A stretch of 63,455 nt of DNA, counting the filler, from Globobulimina sp. (Eukaryota), in the NCBI GenBank assembly GCA_003354225.1. It is 16 parts of 16 records of this genome, joined end to end, with 100 filler letters (N's around TTAATTAATTAA, not from the genome) between each part and the next. Parts side by side here need not be neighbours in the genome. Positions count along the whole stretch, not along the records: positions 51,649 to 55,517 come from PIVH01001963.1; positions 55,618 to 59,486 come from PIVH01001964.1; positions 59,587 to 63,455 come from PIVH01001965.1; 13 more parts are not named here. One strand, given 5' to 3'. Positions 51,903 through 63,455 of the stretch are shown piece after piece; position 1 is the first letter of the stretch; the number at the start of each line of letters is the position of its first letter. The position numbers and the translations under genes are program-made. The notes beneath the pieces are model-generated. The model was not told the origin of the DNA, made no database searches, and saw nothing but the letters and a program-made list of their open reading frames with translations.

Positions 51903-54269
51903 ATGACAGCTGCACCTTTGTTGCTTTTGTTGATTTTATCATTGACAGCAAATGGATATGACTATAAATGTCCAACATCACAAACCATGGATACGCATGC
52001 AACCTGTCGTATATTTCAACCAACAAACATTAAAAACAAAATTCCTCATGATTTTTCCGATCATAATTATTGTGGTTGGAAATACAAAGAATCGTTAATT
52101 GGATGTCAATCAGATTCGACTGAAGAAATTAATTTAATTGTAATTGAATATGTTGATGGAATTAATGGTACATTAAATTGGGAATATCCATGGCCATCAC
52201 ATTTAAAAGAATTAGATCTTGAACAATCCTGTATGTACTACATAAAATATTAACTTATATTGCAACCAACAAATATCATTTAAAGTTTCTTCTATATCCA
52301 ATTTATATGGTGAATGGAAATGGGAATCGATACAATCTTTACATGATCTTTTGGAGCTTGATCTTGAGGGAAATGAGGTTGTTAATGTACATTAATTGAA
52401 TGTGAAATGAAACAACATTTATTGGTTTGTTATATATACAGTTTTCAAGTATTATTAGCAACGCTGACTGGAATATAATTGCTGCGATGAAAATGTTAAC
52501 TGATTTTACTTTGGTAAACAATAATTTTGAGACAAATTTCTCTGAAATCAGAATTGATGCTATTTCCAAAATTACAACAATGGGCCTATCAGATAACAAT
52601 TTGTACGGAACTATGGACTTACGAACAGACGGCTTTTTCAGCAAATTCCCCGATTTAGAATTGTTTTGGATTGATGGTAATAATATTCATGGATATTTTG
52701 CAAATATGGATGTAATTTCATCGCAATATCTACCAAATTTAAAAGAATTTAAACTGGGAAATAATTATTATTCAGGCGAGATTTCATTGTCAAAAGATTT
52801 ATCCTTAAGTCCGTTATTAACGCACTTTGAAATTTATAAAAACGATTTTTATGGATCTGTGGAATGGGATGTTTTTGCAGATTTAAACAATTTAAAGGTA
52901 ATTGATATTGGTGGTAATTTTTTTTCTGGTTCTTTATCAATGTCAGATACTTTATCGTTACCTCCTTCTTTGGCTCATATTGATATCGATTACAATAATT
53001 TTCAAGGACAAATTGATTGGAATATGTTTGCAAATTTATATAATTTGATTGAACTCCATTTAAATGATAATTCATTTTCAGGTGACATCGATTGGAATAT
53101 TATATCAGATTTGCATAATAACGGAGATTTGGACAATATAAATTTGAGAGATAATGATTTTACAGGTTTGTACTTTGTACGTTCACTTTACTGTACATTT
53201 CCGATTCGATCATATGTTTACAAATTAAAAACGTTTGCAGGATACGTAGATTTTTCATGGATTGACGATGGCAAATTGGTATATCTTGATTTGGATGTTG
53301 ATATTCCATGTTATGTAATATTATCTTTGTATAGTCCAATATTATGATAATAACATAAAATAATACATAGGTAATCCAGTTATATACAAATGTGTCAATG
53401 GCATTCAAACAAAAAGAAGTAACCAAGATTGTCACAGCAGAGCAGAATGTGAAGCAACATGTGTGTGCTCGTCAGGCGATGATGCTATAAACCATGTAAT
53501 ACCGCCAAGCACATCTTCAATAACACCAAACATGTCACTTATAAATGATGATGAATATTTCCATCCATCCACTGGTGTTTATGTAAACCATGTTTATGTG
53601 ATATTGATTGGTTGTATTGTTTTATTTTCATTTATTGTATGTTCGATGGTAATATTTATTGTCCATTGGAAAGCTAAAGCGAGGCATGAAAATGAAATGT
53701 TTCAGCCACCCGTACATCAATCAGGAATATCAAATAGTATAACAAGTGCAAGACAGGCACGACAAAGACAGAAATTATTTTCAGTCTCATGTACTGAATT
53801 TAGCATTCCCCCAAGTATTCAATCACAAGCAAAACCAATCATAGCGCAACGTAATCATCGTCGTACATTAACACCCGGATATAGTCAACATATAATTGCT
53901 CTTTCTGGTAGAACAAGAAGAGAAGCAACGTTTGAAGGACCGGAAGGACATGAAGAAGAAGATAGTGATTCTGGTGAATTTACTGTAGAAAAATCAATAC
54001 AGTCTTTTGGTTATTTACCAACACCCGCATACTCTCTTGATATGGATGGTATGCGAGGTAGAGCCACTATTAGTGATATATATGTACCTGGAACATACAA
54101 TTCTAATATAATTGAACTTGAACCTGTTTTCCCAGATGATAGCGATATCGATCAACATCAACAAGACGACAGTCAGAAACAAAATATAAAGACAGCTGCG
54201 TTGGCAATTGTTGGTATGATGAGAATACTGAGCACAAAGGGCATGATTCAAGATAACGAGTACAAATAA
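51903..54269 (+). CDS. Leucine-rich repeat type I membrane receptor-like protein, multi-exon
   Basis: Signal peptide; LxxLxLxxNxFxG repeats; single TM near 53590-53665; ORF breaks flanked by GT..AG. Confidence 0.8.
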
Positions 54270-54384
54270 AAGTAATTTTTAATTTCACAACGTATTATTT
54301 TATTGTATTATTTTTTTTTAATTATTTTTTTCTAGTGCATCTTCGGATGTTTTTTTTTCTGAGATAAAAATCAAGAGTTGAACC

Positions 54385-55497
54385 ATGTTCTTTTTGTTTC
54401 TAATGCTGTCATGCACGTATTATATTGTATATACTAAACAAGACCAGTCCAGTGATGAATTACCCACTGCACTGGATGCATCTCAAGCACTTTCATTATG
54501 GACTCAATTTGTGAATTCATTTAATACATCCTCATACGTATATAAATTGCAAAAATACTGTGCTGAGTGCGATGAATGCGACTCAAAATCAAAATATATC
54601 GCAATAAATAATAACCTGATCACCAATGTACAATATGTCGACACAAACAGCGAATGTCTGTCAGATGCACCACTTAATATATATTCTTACAAAACTATTC
54701 CCCAATGGTTTGAATATAGTCAAAAATCTGAATGTCAAACAATTTATGATAATACTTATGGATTCCCCAAAACTATAACATACTCTCATGATAATGCCAT
54801 AGGAACAACAGTTCAAATATTATGTGTATCGTTCCATTCAATGTCCATTAAAAATGTAATTGCATTGAATCAACTTGATACTGAACATTGTTCTCAACAC
54901 AAAACAGATAATTTTAATGCTAATAACTTTGATAAAGTGCAATTGAATGCATCCAATTCTACAGCGTGTAAGAATAAGATCATTGAACGGGAGGACTGCA
55001 CAGAATGGCTATATGTTTATATAACCACTGGTTTGAGTGTGATTTTATCCGTATTAAGTATATTATGCTCGTGGCTGTATTATCGACAGGGCATCAATCC
55101 GGCAACAAAGGGATATAAAAGGTCGCAAGGTAGTGATTTTGTGATAAATGAAGATGATTCTGATTCGGATTCGGATTCTGTGCAGTTGCATGGCGACAAT
55201 ATCATTAAACATAAAAAAAAACGAAAGAAGAAAAATAAATTGTTAGGCATTGATGAGAATGAGGTATTGCCAAAAATTAAAATTAAAAAGAATATGCAAA
55301 ATAAATATGGTTCAGTGGCGCAAACAGATGAAGAGGAAAGATCGGATAATCCGTTTGATATGGATCCAGATAGTGAGAAGAGCGATGAATGGCACTTTGT
55401 CGGTGATAGTAAAGGAAATGATGCTGCAAATATACCAAATAATGACAACCCTTTTTGTGGAAGTCAAAGTGATCAAACTGCTGAAGAAGAAAATTAA
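54385..55497 (+). CDS. Type I membrane protein with a DUF6174-like ectodomain
   Basis: Signal peptide; W..SYVY..C.EC...TI..WF...YD.TYGFP..I pattern; single TM; acidic/basic tail. Confidence 0.55.
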   Translation: MFFLFLMLSCTYYIVYTKQDQSSDELPTALDASQALSLWTQFVNSFNTSSYVYKLQKYCAECDECDSKSKYIAINNNLITNVQYVDTNSECLSDAPLNIYSYKTIPQWFEYSQKSECQTIYDNTYGFPKTITYSHDNAIGTTVQILCVSFHSMSIKNVIALNQLDTEHCSQHKTDNFNANNFDKVQLNASNSTACKNKIIEREDCTEWLYVYITTGLSVILSVLSILCSWLYYRQGINPATKGYKRSQGSDFVINEDDSDSDSDSVQLHGDNIIKHKKKRKKKNKLLGIDENEVLPKIKIKKNMQNKYGSVAQTDEEERSDNPFDMDPDSEKSDEWHFVGDSKGNDAANIPNNDNPFCGSQSDQTAEEEN

Positions 55498-55773
55498 ATT
55501 GACAACACCTATAATGTNNNNNNNNNNNNNNNNNNNNNNNNNNNNNNNNNNNNNNNNNNNNTTAATTAATTAANNNNNNNNNNNNNNNNNNNNNNNNNNN
55601 NNNNNNNNNNNNNNNNNGGCATAATGCTGGCATATTAGATTTGGTGCAGCCAGCTCTTAGACAACATGTTGAACATGTTACTCAAATGTTCAACCCACAA
55701 TTTTAAAACCCCTGAGAAAGTGTCCACACTCTTGGAAAAAAATGTTATCTTTTGAATTAAAATATATCAGTAA

Positions 55774-58700
55774 TCAATATTGATGATTACAAACTTTCAT
55801 AAAAGGATTATGTTTTTTTGGTTTCGGGTCAATATAATGTTTAGACTCTTGTTGTTTTTTGGGGTTACATATTTTAATCATTTCTTGAATAAAAAAATCA
55901 ATATAAAATCCTAAATCATACCATTTCCATCTACATTGTGTCCATTGCAAATATACTTTTGGTTCTTGGAACATTGCATCCAATTTAAAAGCAACATGTT
56001 CCAAAGATTTCAAAATATTACAAATTGTGTGCTTCTCATTTATGGAATGATAAGAAATATATTTATATGCCCGACTTAACAATAAATGGGTCTCAACCAT
56101 CCGTGCTATTAATTGGCCAATAAATTCCATATCCAATTTCTTTGGTATTTTCTCATTATTTTTCTCCGTCGATAATATTACATTTTTCAGTAAAATCCTT
56201 AATTTTTTTGCTTTTTTTAAATATTTTTCTTGTAAAAATATGGATGCTCTTTCATGCTGAATCGCCTTTTTTGTCCTTGATTTTCGCAAAACTTCTTTTT
56301 TCATTTTTTCGTCGTGCTGCTCTCGAATCTGTTTTCTTTGTTGCACCACATTTTTATACGCATTCACATATCGTTCCGTTGGCTCTTCCATCACAAATGT
56401 TTGCTTTTTTGTATTTGTAACATAGCCTTGCTTACATTCATAGAAATCATCGTGTGTCGCGGAGTTAAATTCTTTCAAACAAACCCAACAAAAGTGATAC
56501 TTGCATTTCCTGCAATGGATATGGTTGCAACCACCATTCTTCTCCCACCATGTCTTACATTTTGGGCATTCTTTCGTCTTCACCAACATTGTATATTTTT
56601 GTCCTTCAAATGTTGGCAAATCTGGCAACAAAGGATCGCTTATTTTTAATTTGGTTTTCAAGCTCAAACTCCAAATTTTATTCTCAACACATTTTAAGGG
56701 CCAATGGAATTTATCAACGCACGACGTGCAAAGTGGTATGCCACAATTACAAACCAACAAAGCGATGTCACGTTTTGTTTTTATAGCAGAACAACCTAAT
56801 TATACAGTCAGTGAGTCAGTGAGTCATTGTGTCAAACTCAAAAAAAAAAAACTTTAGTAACATACATTGCGGATTTGGACAGAATTTCCAGTCTTTACGT
56901 GTTTCCAAAAACGAATTTTGCAAAAACTGTCTATACCGTTTATACGTGATATTATCAGATAATATATGAATCAATGAGTGATATAGATACTTTTTACATT
57001 TATATTGTGGACATTTTATAACCGTAATTCCATTATCAATTTGATTAAAAATATAATTCGATAGACACTCAATACAAATGATATGCGAACAATGAATTCT
57101 TATCCCATTAAACATTGATTTCAGCTCCAAACAAATCGGACATTCAAATTCTAAAATCACAGGAAACGATAATTTAATCTCTTCTGTGCCAGTACCAGTT
57201 ACATAAATATCTTGATTGGTCCGTGTGTGTTGTATTTGTTTATCGATGGAAGTGTGTGAAGTCCATAAATTCTCTGCTAATTTTGCCATTGCTTGAGACT
57301 TATTACATTTCCACTTCGCGCTCATTCTTTTAATTAATGCAAAAATAGTCTCATCAATTTCCCATGAACTGTAACATTGTGTCATTAGCTGTTCTTTGCG
57401 TATCATCTCTTTTTGTTTCTGTTTCTGTTCAATCTGTTTTATACGCAATAATTCATCGCAACAATTGCGGAGTTTACGTATTTTCCGTTTTACCGGCGAC
57501 TGTGTGTTATAATTGCTGTCACAGTTTGTCTGTATACCTTTTGCTTGCGAGGTTTTCGTGATGGCATAATTACAATTATTGCTGCTAAACGATAATGTGC
57601 CATCATGTATGCCTAAATTATTCAGTTTCAACTGCATATTTTCCGGATATTCGTTCCAATTTCGATTTATATCCTTCCAGTACCACACATATATTTTGCC
57701 CTCCATTCCATGCATTTTCCCACCATTTTCGAATTCGGCAATTATTACATTTTTGTCATTCTTATCAATTAAACCTAAGGCGGTGCGCAATTCAATATAT
57801 TTATGTGTCTTATTTGTCGTTTCTTGATTCACATATCGTTCTTCATATTTCTCCACCCATTCTTTGCCAAATTGCACCATATCAAATAAATGTTGCTCGC
57901 CAATGGAATCCTGCGCCATTCCATGTAATTTTATTTGCAAATCAAACCATATTTCATTATTGGTGGCAAAATCAGTGGGTCCATTGAAGTAAATGGATGA
58001 TTTTATGCAGGATTTGAGCGGATAATCAATGGGGCACAAAAAAGTGAGGTACAATTTGCCATATTTATGTGTTTGCGTTGTCAATAAACACAGTTCAATG
58101 ATTACTGGATAACAATGCGAATGAATGACAATCTCATCGTGTTCTGCACTAAATATTGATTTAAGAGTATTTATTTCATCCGTTAATAACGACACACATT
58201 CTTTATAGATTAATATTTCTTCGTTTAGTACGTCTTCAATCATACGCATTGTCACTGTGTTTTTAGCATTGTCCAGGTGTTTAATATCATCATCGGCATC
58301 GCAATCAATTAAATTATAGCATTCTTCAATTGTTATGCATTTATCTTGGCCAAAATGTAGAGCTTTTCTTGACACATTGCTTATCGATATGGATAAAATA
58401 CTTTTTTCAATCAAATATAAAATATCCTTGGATAAAATTCTATTTTCCATCAATTTATTTAATATTTGGGTGAAATTACTGAGTGGATTGCAATTGCTAT
58501 GTGATAATTGTATTAATATTGCTTTTTGAATTGATGGACGTATACTTGCTTGAAATATACGTATTTCTTGTTCAATATCGATGATTTCATCACTGACAGC
58601 CTCATTGTCGCGTTTTTTCTCATCATTGTTATGCTGGCCATGGTTATGCTGTTCTGACTGTTGTTTAAATGACTCGACAAATCGTAGCAATGGAGTGGAT

Positions 58701-58891
58701 AATAAATGATGGTATTCTGAGTTTAATAATATTTTTTTAATCTCCTTGGCATCGGATGCATTTAATATGCCCTGTTGCCATGCTACTTGAATGTTTGGTA
58801 AATAAATGGAGATATCCGTATCATTTGTATTGCAAGTTTCAAGAGCTGTCATTGGATGACACCAAAAAATAACAGTTTTGTAAGTCAACAT
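55774..58891 (-). CDS. RWD-WWE-RBR (Ariadne-like) E3 ubiquitin ligase, two exons
   Basis: RWD (DEINTLKSIF, PIDYP, LFDMV); WWE (WYWKD..WNEYP..QTN..VKR); RING1 CPIC..CSHIICIEC; IBR across intron 56796-56865; RING2 CPKC..EKNGGCNHIHC..CWVC. Confidence 0.88.
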
Positions 58892-60379
58892 TTGGGAAAG
58901 TGAACCCTTCCATTTAGTTTTGTTAATGAAATAAATTAGAAAGCAAGCAATATATTGTTAACCATTTCATAATTCACATTCTTTGCTGATTTTAATAAAA
59001 ATATGATTGAATAAATTCAAACGATTTACATGAAATATGATTTAAATGGAATATGCCATCCAAGCCAGTATTATCATCACCATCATCATCTAAACCAACA
59101 TCAGCATCATTATTCTTATTTTGTATCTTCTTTTCATCATATAATAATGCAGTAAATTTATCCACTGATTCCATGGTAAATTTTATTTTCAATACCAACC
59201 TCAAATTTAATACATTTCAGTCTTAAACATTTGCTTTTCTTTATAAGACGCCATGCTCACAGCTATACACTACACATAACACTTTGTTTTCGGAAACACG
59301 TTACTGAGCAACACGTTACTGAGCAACATGGATAGAATATTAATTTTTTTTTGATCGATTTATTTGAAGCAAGAAATTTATTAAATTTGTTATTGACAAC
59401 ATAGCATGTTCTGGTAATCCAGGCTGGCACGGATGGCCCAGCGTAGGTGTTGGGAGCGTCACATTAAAATTATGTTTTAGTTGAAANNNNNNNNNNNNNN
59501 NNNNNNNNNNNNNNNNNNNNNNNNNNNNNNTTAATTAATTAANNNNNNNNNNNNNNNNNNNNNNNNNNNNNNNNNNNNNNNNNNNNAAATTAATCCATAA
59601 CGGATTGGACACGCTGTGGTGCACTCCGCTGAGTCCTTTTATTAAATCAAATTCGTTGTCGAATTCCCACACAATATTATTATTCACATCTTCTCCGTTA
59701 TCCGCCGTATTGATCATTGGTGAGTCCATCACAGTAAACTTACATAGATTCAATATGTATTATTTCGTCATCAAAGTATGTATTTATTACATCATCTGTT
59801 TTTAATTGTATCATTGTATACATTGGTAGAATGAGTTCATAGGTGATAGGAGGACTGGATTATAGCGTTGGTTTGAGATCTGTGTAGGACCTAGGCCATC
59901 CTTAATTGCAATAGACTAGTTTGAAGGAGAGTAGCGGTCGCATGTCTAAGCATCATTAATTGCAATATCATGGTACCTAGGTCCTAGGTCTCGATTTATA
60001 TTGCGCAATATAAGAACAACCCCTATGAGAATGAGATCATAATCGAATGCGCCGATTACAGCTGCAGATAAAAAAAGGAGTTTATTCCGATGAAGATGAG
60101 GCAGATATAAAAAAAGGAAAAAGAAAATAAAAGAAAGAAAAGGGAGCATATTCAGTTTATTTGGAACAGAAACAACACTACAAATTAACCACAATGTTTG
60201 TAGCCTTTGTACAATCATAATTTACCTCATATTGTGACAGACTGACAGCTATCGATAAATATCATCTCGATCCCGATGAATCTATATCTTGTCATCGATA
60301 ATTATAAGGAAATACACAACTTTGTATTCCATATCCTTTCAGCACTGCTTTATGATTATAAAAATACATATATACTAGT

Positions 60380-60990
60380 ATTGTACCAAAACAATCTGTG
60401 TTGGGATTACTAATATAACACATTGACCTCCATGTTTATGCCCACATTGATAATCCCAACATAAACATAATGTTCTTTCATTTCCTTTCCTTTTAATCCA
60501 CTTTTTTTATCACTCAATGTGCACCAAATCGGAATATGACCAAATAATATAACATTATTCTTTAATTCCTCTATTTCAATCAATTTATTTTCTAGCCACC
60601 TGGTATCATAATATTAATTCCTGTAAAACATGCTTGGATTTATTAAGCCACAATTTGAGCAATTCCATGTTTTGCTGTTTGTCTGCGATTTCCAATTACA
60701 TTTTGAAAAAACGGGAATCTCGGAATAAAATCATTATTTTCTTTCTTCCCTTCAATACAATGCTCATTCAATGGATGGTCCATTACATTCTCTATTAATT
60801 TCAATGGATCTGATGCTTCAAACTTTAATTTATTGAATTCTGATAATGTATGTTTCATACATTTTGCAGATGTTTTTGTTTTTGTTTTTTTATTTAAACC
60901 ATCAATAATATCTCCTAAACAAATAGCTAACAATGGATTATCGGTTTCATTCATTCCATGTCTTAATAGCGTTTTTGACGATGCTTGATC
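60380..60990 (-). pseudogene. Decayed Mn-dependent ADP-ribose/CDP-alcohol diphosphatase-like metallophosphoesterase
   Basis: Motifs in order but spread over frames with stops: NAIKTWNE / CLGDIIDG / VIGN / WLENKL..VILFGHIP / LCWDY..GHKHGG; GAAT duplication frameshift near 60950; N-terminal DxQY motif absent. Confidence 0.65.
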
Positions 60991-61346
60991 CGTTTCTGTA
61001 TCTTAGATGCTGGTGCTACGATGCAAGATTCTTATTCGCTTGAAAAGTCATATGAACTCGATCTAGCAATAAGTGTTAATGATACAGTGTGGAAGATATT
61101 GCATAAAGAATCGTCTCCAGGTGAGTCAGAGTTGTATTATTTTGATAAGACTATTAAATGTATACCGCGGGAAGATCCTTGTCCTCTGCAAATAACCACT
61201 TCAATCAATGTAACATTCTCTATTTGTGGTTGAAAGCATGCTTTATTATTAAACGTACGAGTTCGCAAAATAGACCATTTAATTTACAAAGAATGCAATG
61301 TAAAAAATACTAAAAATGTTTCTTTACTACAAAATACAATTAAACT

Positions 61347-63455
61347 CTAACTGCCTCTCAACATAATAGCGGTATGCAAAGTCATTCCAGTTTCAACGCC
61401 GACGTCTTTCATTGTTTGTGCATCCCATAATAATTTCCCTTTAAAAATAACTCTCAATTGTTCCGCACAAATCCCCTCCAGTTCTTGTATTAATAATTTT
61501 ACTTCTTTCACTGTAAATGTCTCTTCAATACCAACTTGACATTTATTCCCTTCCAATGATTTAATAAATACTTTCATTGAACCTGATCCCGTTGTTTTCA
61601 TTTTATTATCATAATGATGTTTTTTCTCTATTTCAGAATGACCGGGACATATATCTTTTGTATCACCATCAGAGCTCTGTTTGTCATACTTATCACAACT
61701 TGAACATCCTCCACATACTCCATATGGCCCACCTCCACCATTATAATGATACACATGTTTATCGTTTTCATCTGTTGATAAATACTCCAATTCACGCAAA
61801 TTACAGATTCGTTTGCGAACATGTTTGCCCGTTGGAGTAAATCTGCCACTTAATTGACGAATAACTTCATAAACCAAATCATTATGTTGCAAAGTGTTCC
61901 GTGCGCACATAACCCGAACTATCGCAGCATCCTTTTTATTATATATGATCACAGCAAACACATATCAACATTAAAACAAATAGCATACCATCTGATGTCT
62001 CCGTGACCTGTATCTTGACTCTGTTTGTGACCGACAAATTGCACAATGACCTTTGGATTTATCTGTTACTTTGATATTTAATGTAGGAATTGCTATTTTG
62101 GCAGCGGGATGTGAATATTTTGGATTTATTTGAAATTTATGCGAATCCTCCACTTGTTTTGTATTTGGCGCTTTTCGCAACACTTTTATTCTTGGATGAG
62201 CCATAGACATTGTTGCAGCATATAAATCCCCCGAAGGTATATTTGTGTCATCTTTTATCTGTTTCCAAGTTAATGTGTTTTGATGATTAAATAGTAATAA
62301 TACAATCATTTGATACGTAGACACGACCAATATTTTCCTGGTTGTTGTATTAAATATTATTGCTATATCCGCTGTGCCTTTATCCATTTGATAATTTAAT
62401 CTCCGGCCACTGAACCTATTTACATAAAATTGGGAAAATATATCTGATACAGATGCAATATCTGCTGGTTTTTTCACTGGTTCTATTGACGCTGTTGGCC
62501 ATGCTCCAGTTGTACACACTGACACATTTATTTCCATTTCCAATGAGTCATTATATTCTTTCTTAAAATTTACCATTAACTCTTTCGATCGTTGTATATC
62601 TTTAAACATATCTTCTAATTTGCTTATCCAATGATAACCAGTTTCATTTTTTAATTTACCGATCATTGATCTTTCAGATTGCTCACTTTCTGATAAATTC
62701 TGTAATAATCGCGATGCTAAATATTGCTGATAGTCGCGTTCAAAAATATCTTTATCCCGAATATAAGCATATAGCATAGCAATATGATCCATTGTAGTGT
62801 CTAAATCCGATGTTGTGACTTTTGTGCCTTTTTTAAGGATATCATTTGCAAATCTTGCTAACAATGCGGATGTGTAATATTCTTTGTTTATAGCTTCTTC
62901 AAATGATTCCTTTAGTGTTCTATAAAATATTTCTTCATTTTGTAATTCTGATTTTATGACATTTGAAAATATTTTATGAAGCCGAATTAACAAATGTATC
63001 AATTTATGTTCATTATTGATATCGCATTCATATTTCTTACTGTCATTGTCATCAACATTATAATTATTTTTATTTTGCAAATATTTTTGTTTTGCAATCA
63101 TTTCCGTAAATAATAATTTTAAATGTGGTATGTTACAAATTATGCTGTTTTCAATCATTTTATCATAGAACTTGTCAATAAGTTGTTTGACGGTATCAAG
63201 TTGAGATATTGTATAATTTTGTGATTTTAAAAATTGTTTTAATTTTTTTTTGGGTTTAACCAATTCATCAATAATGTTCCAACAATGCGTTTCAAACAAA
63301 GCATTAGCAGTTTCTACATTTTTTGGGCATGTAGAAAATATTGAAAATCGAGGATCTGAGGTAAATCTGTTGTCATTTAAAATATCGCGCCATTTTGTTT
63401 TTGAATGAAATATTGGCTGTTCACAATTTAGTGATAAATCCGTCAATAATTGATT
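61347..63455 (-). CDS. Chimeric FF-repeat / cullin C-terminal half / Cys-rich linker / ubiquitin-NEDD8-like fusion protein, 5' partial
   Basis: KDIFERDYQQYLASRLL, KLEDMFKDI, VSVCTTGAWP, VSTYQMIVLLLFN; 57-nt intron 61932-61988 gives RRHQMDAAIVRVMCAR; 76-aa Ubl at 61350-61577 ends LRGS-stop; frame open to the window end. Confidence 0.9.

Noticed and set aside
3878-59586. Regularly spaced TTAATTAATTAA motifs as a biological repeat array
   Set aside because: Always centred in exactly 44+44 Ns between size-sorted contigs, so an assembly linker. ORF ends containing X or LIN are artefacts of it.
61932-61988. Stop readthrough or an alternative genetic code joining the two cullin ORFs
   Set aside because: The in-frame TAA lies in a 57-nt GT-AG intron whose removal restores RHQMDAAIVR; TAA, TAG and TGA all act as stops elsewhere in the window.
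1-63455. Operon or cluster of ubiquitin and signalling genes across the window
   Set aside because: The genes sit on separate contigs; their order reflects length only.

Overview
This is not one locus. It is 16 unrelated contigs of about 3.87 kb (3877 down to 3869 bp, sorted by length) joined by 15 artificial 100-bp spacers (44 N + TTAATTAATTAA + 44 N), so adjacency across spacers has no biological meaning. Fifteen contigs look like an AT-rich, gene-dense protist genome in the standard code with short GT-AG introns of about 25-90 nt (foraminiferan/rhizarian is my unverified guess). They encode a class C-like GPCR, a 4-domain voltage-gated channel, class I-like PI3K, Sec10, MsrB, UGGT, an ENT, a GT61 enzyme, an LRR receptor, three RBR E3 ligases, a Ty3/gypsy pol, a probable APE-type non-LTR element and a MITE. 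One contig (47678-51548) looks bacterial. The standout is the last contig: a chimeric gene with Prp40-like FF repeats, an intact cullin C-terminal half whose neddylation lysine is replaced by Cys (IVRVMCAR instead of IVRIMKxR), a Cys-rich linker, and a fused 76-aa ubiquitin/NEDD8-like domain ending LRGS. It is a candidate self-activated, neddylation-independent cullin ligase. All domain calls are by eye from motifs; no searches were run.
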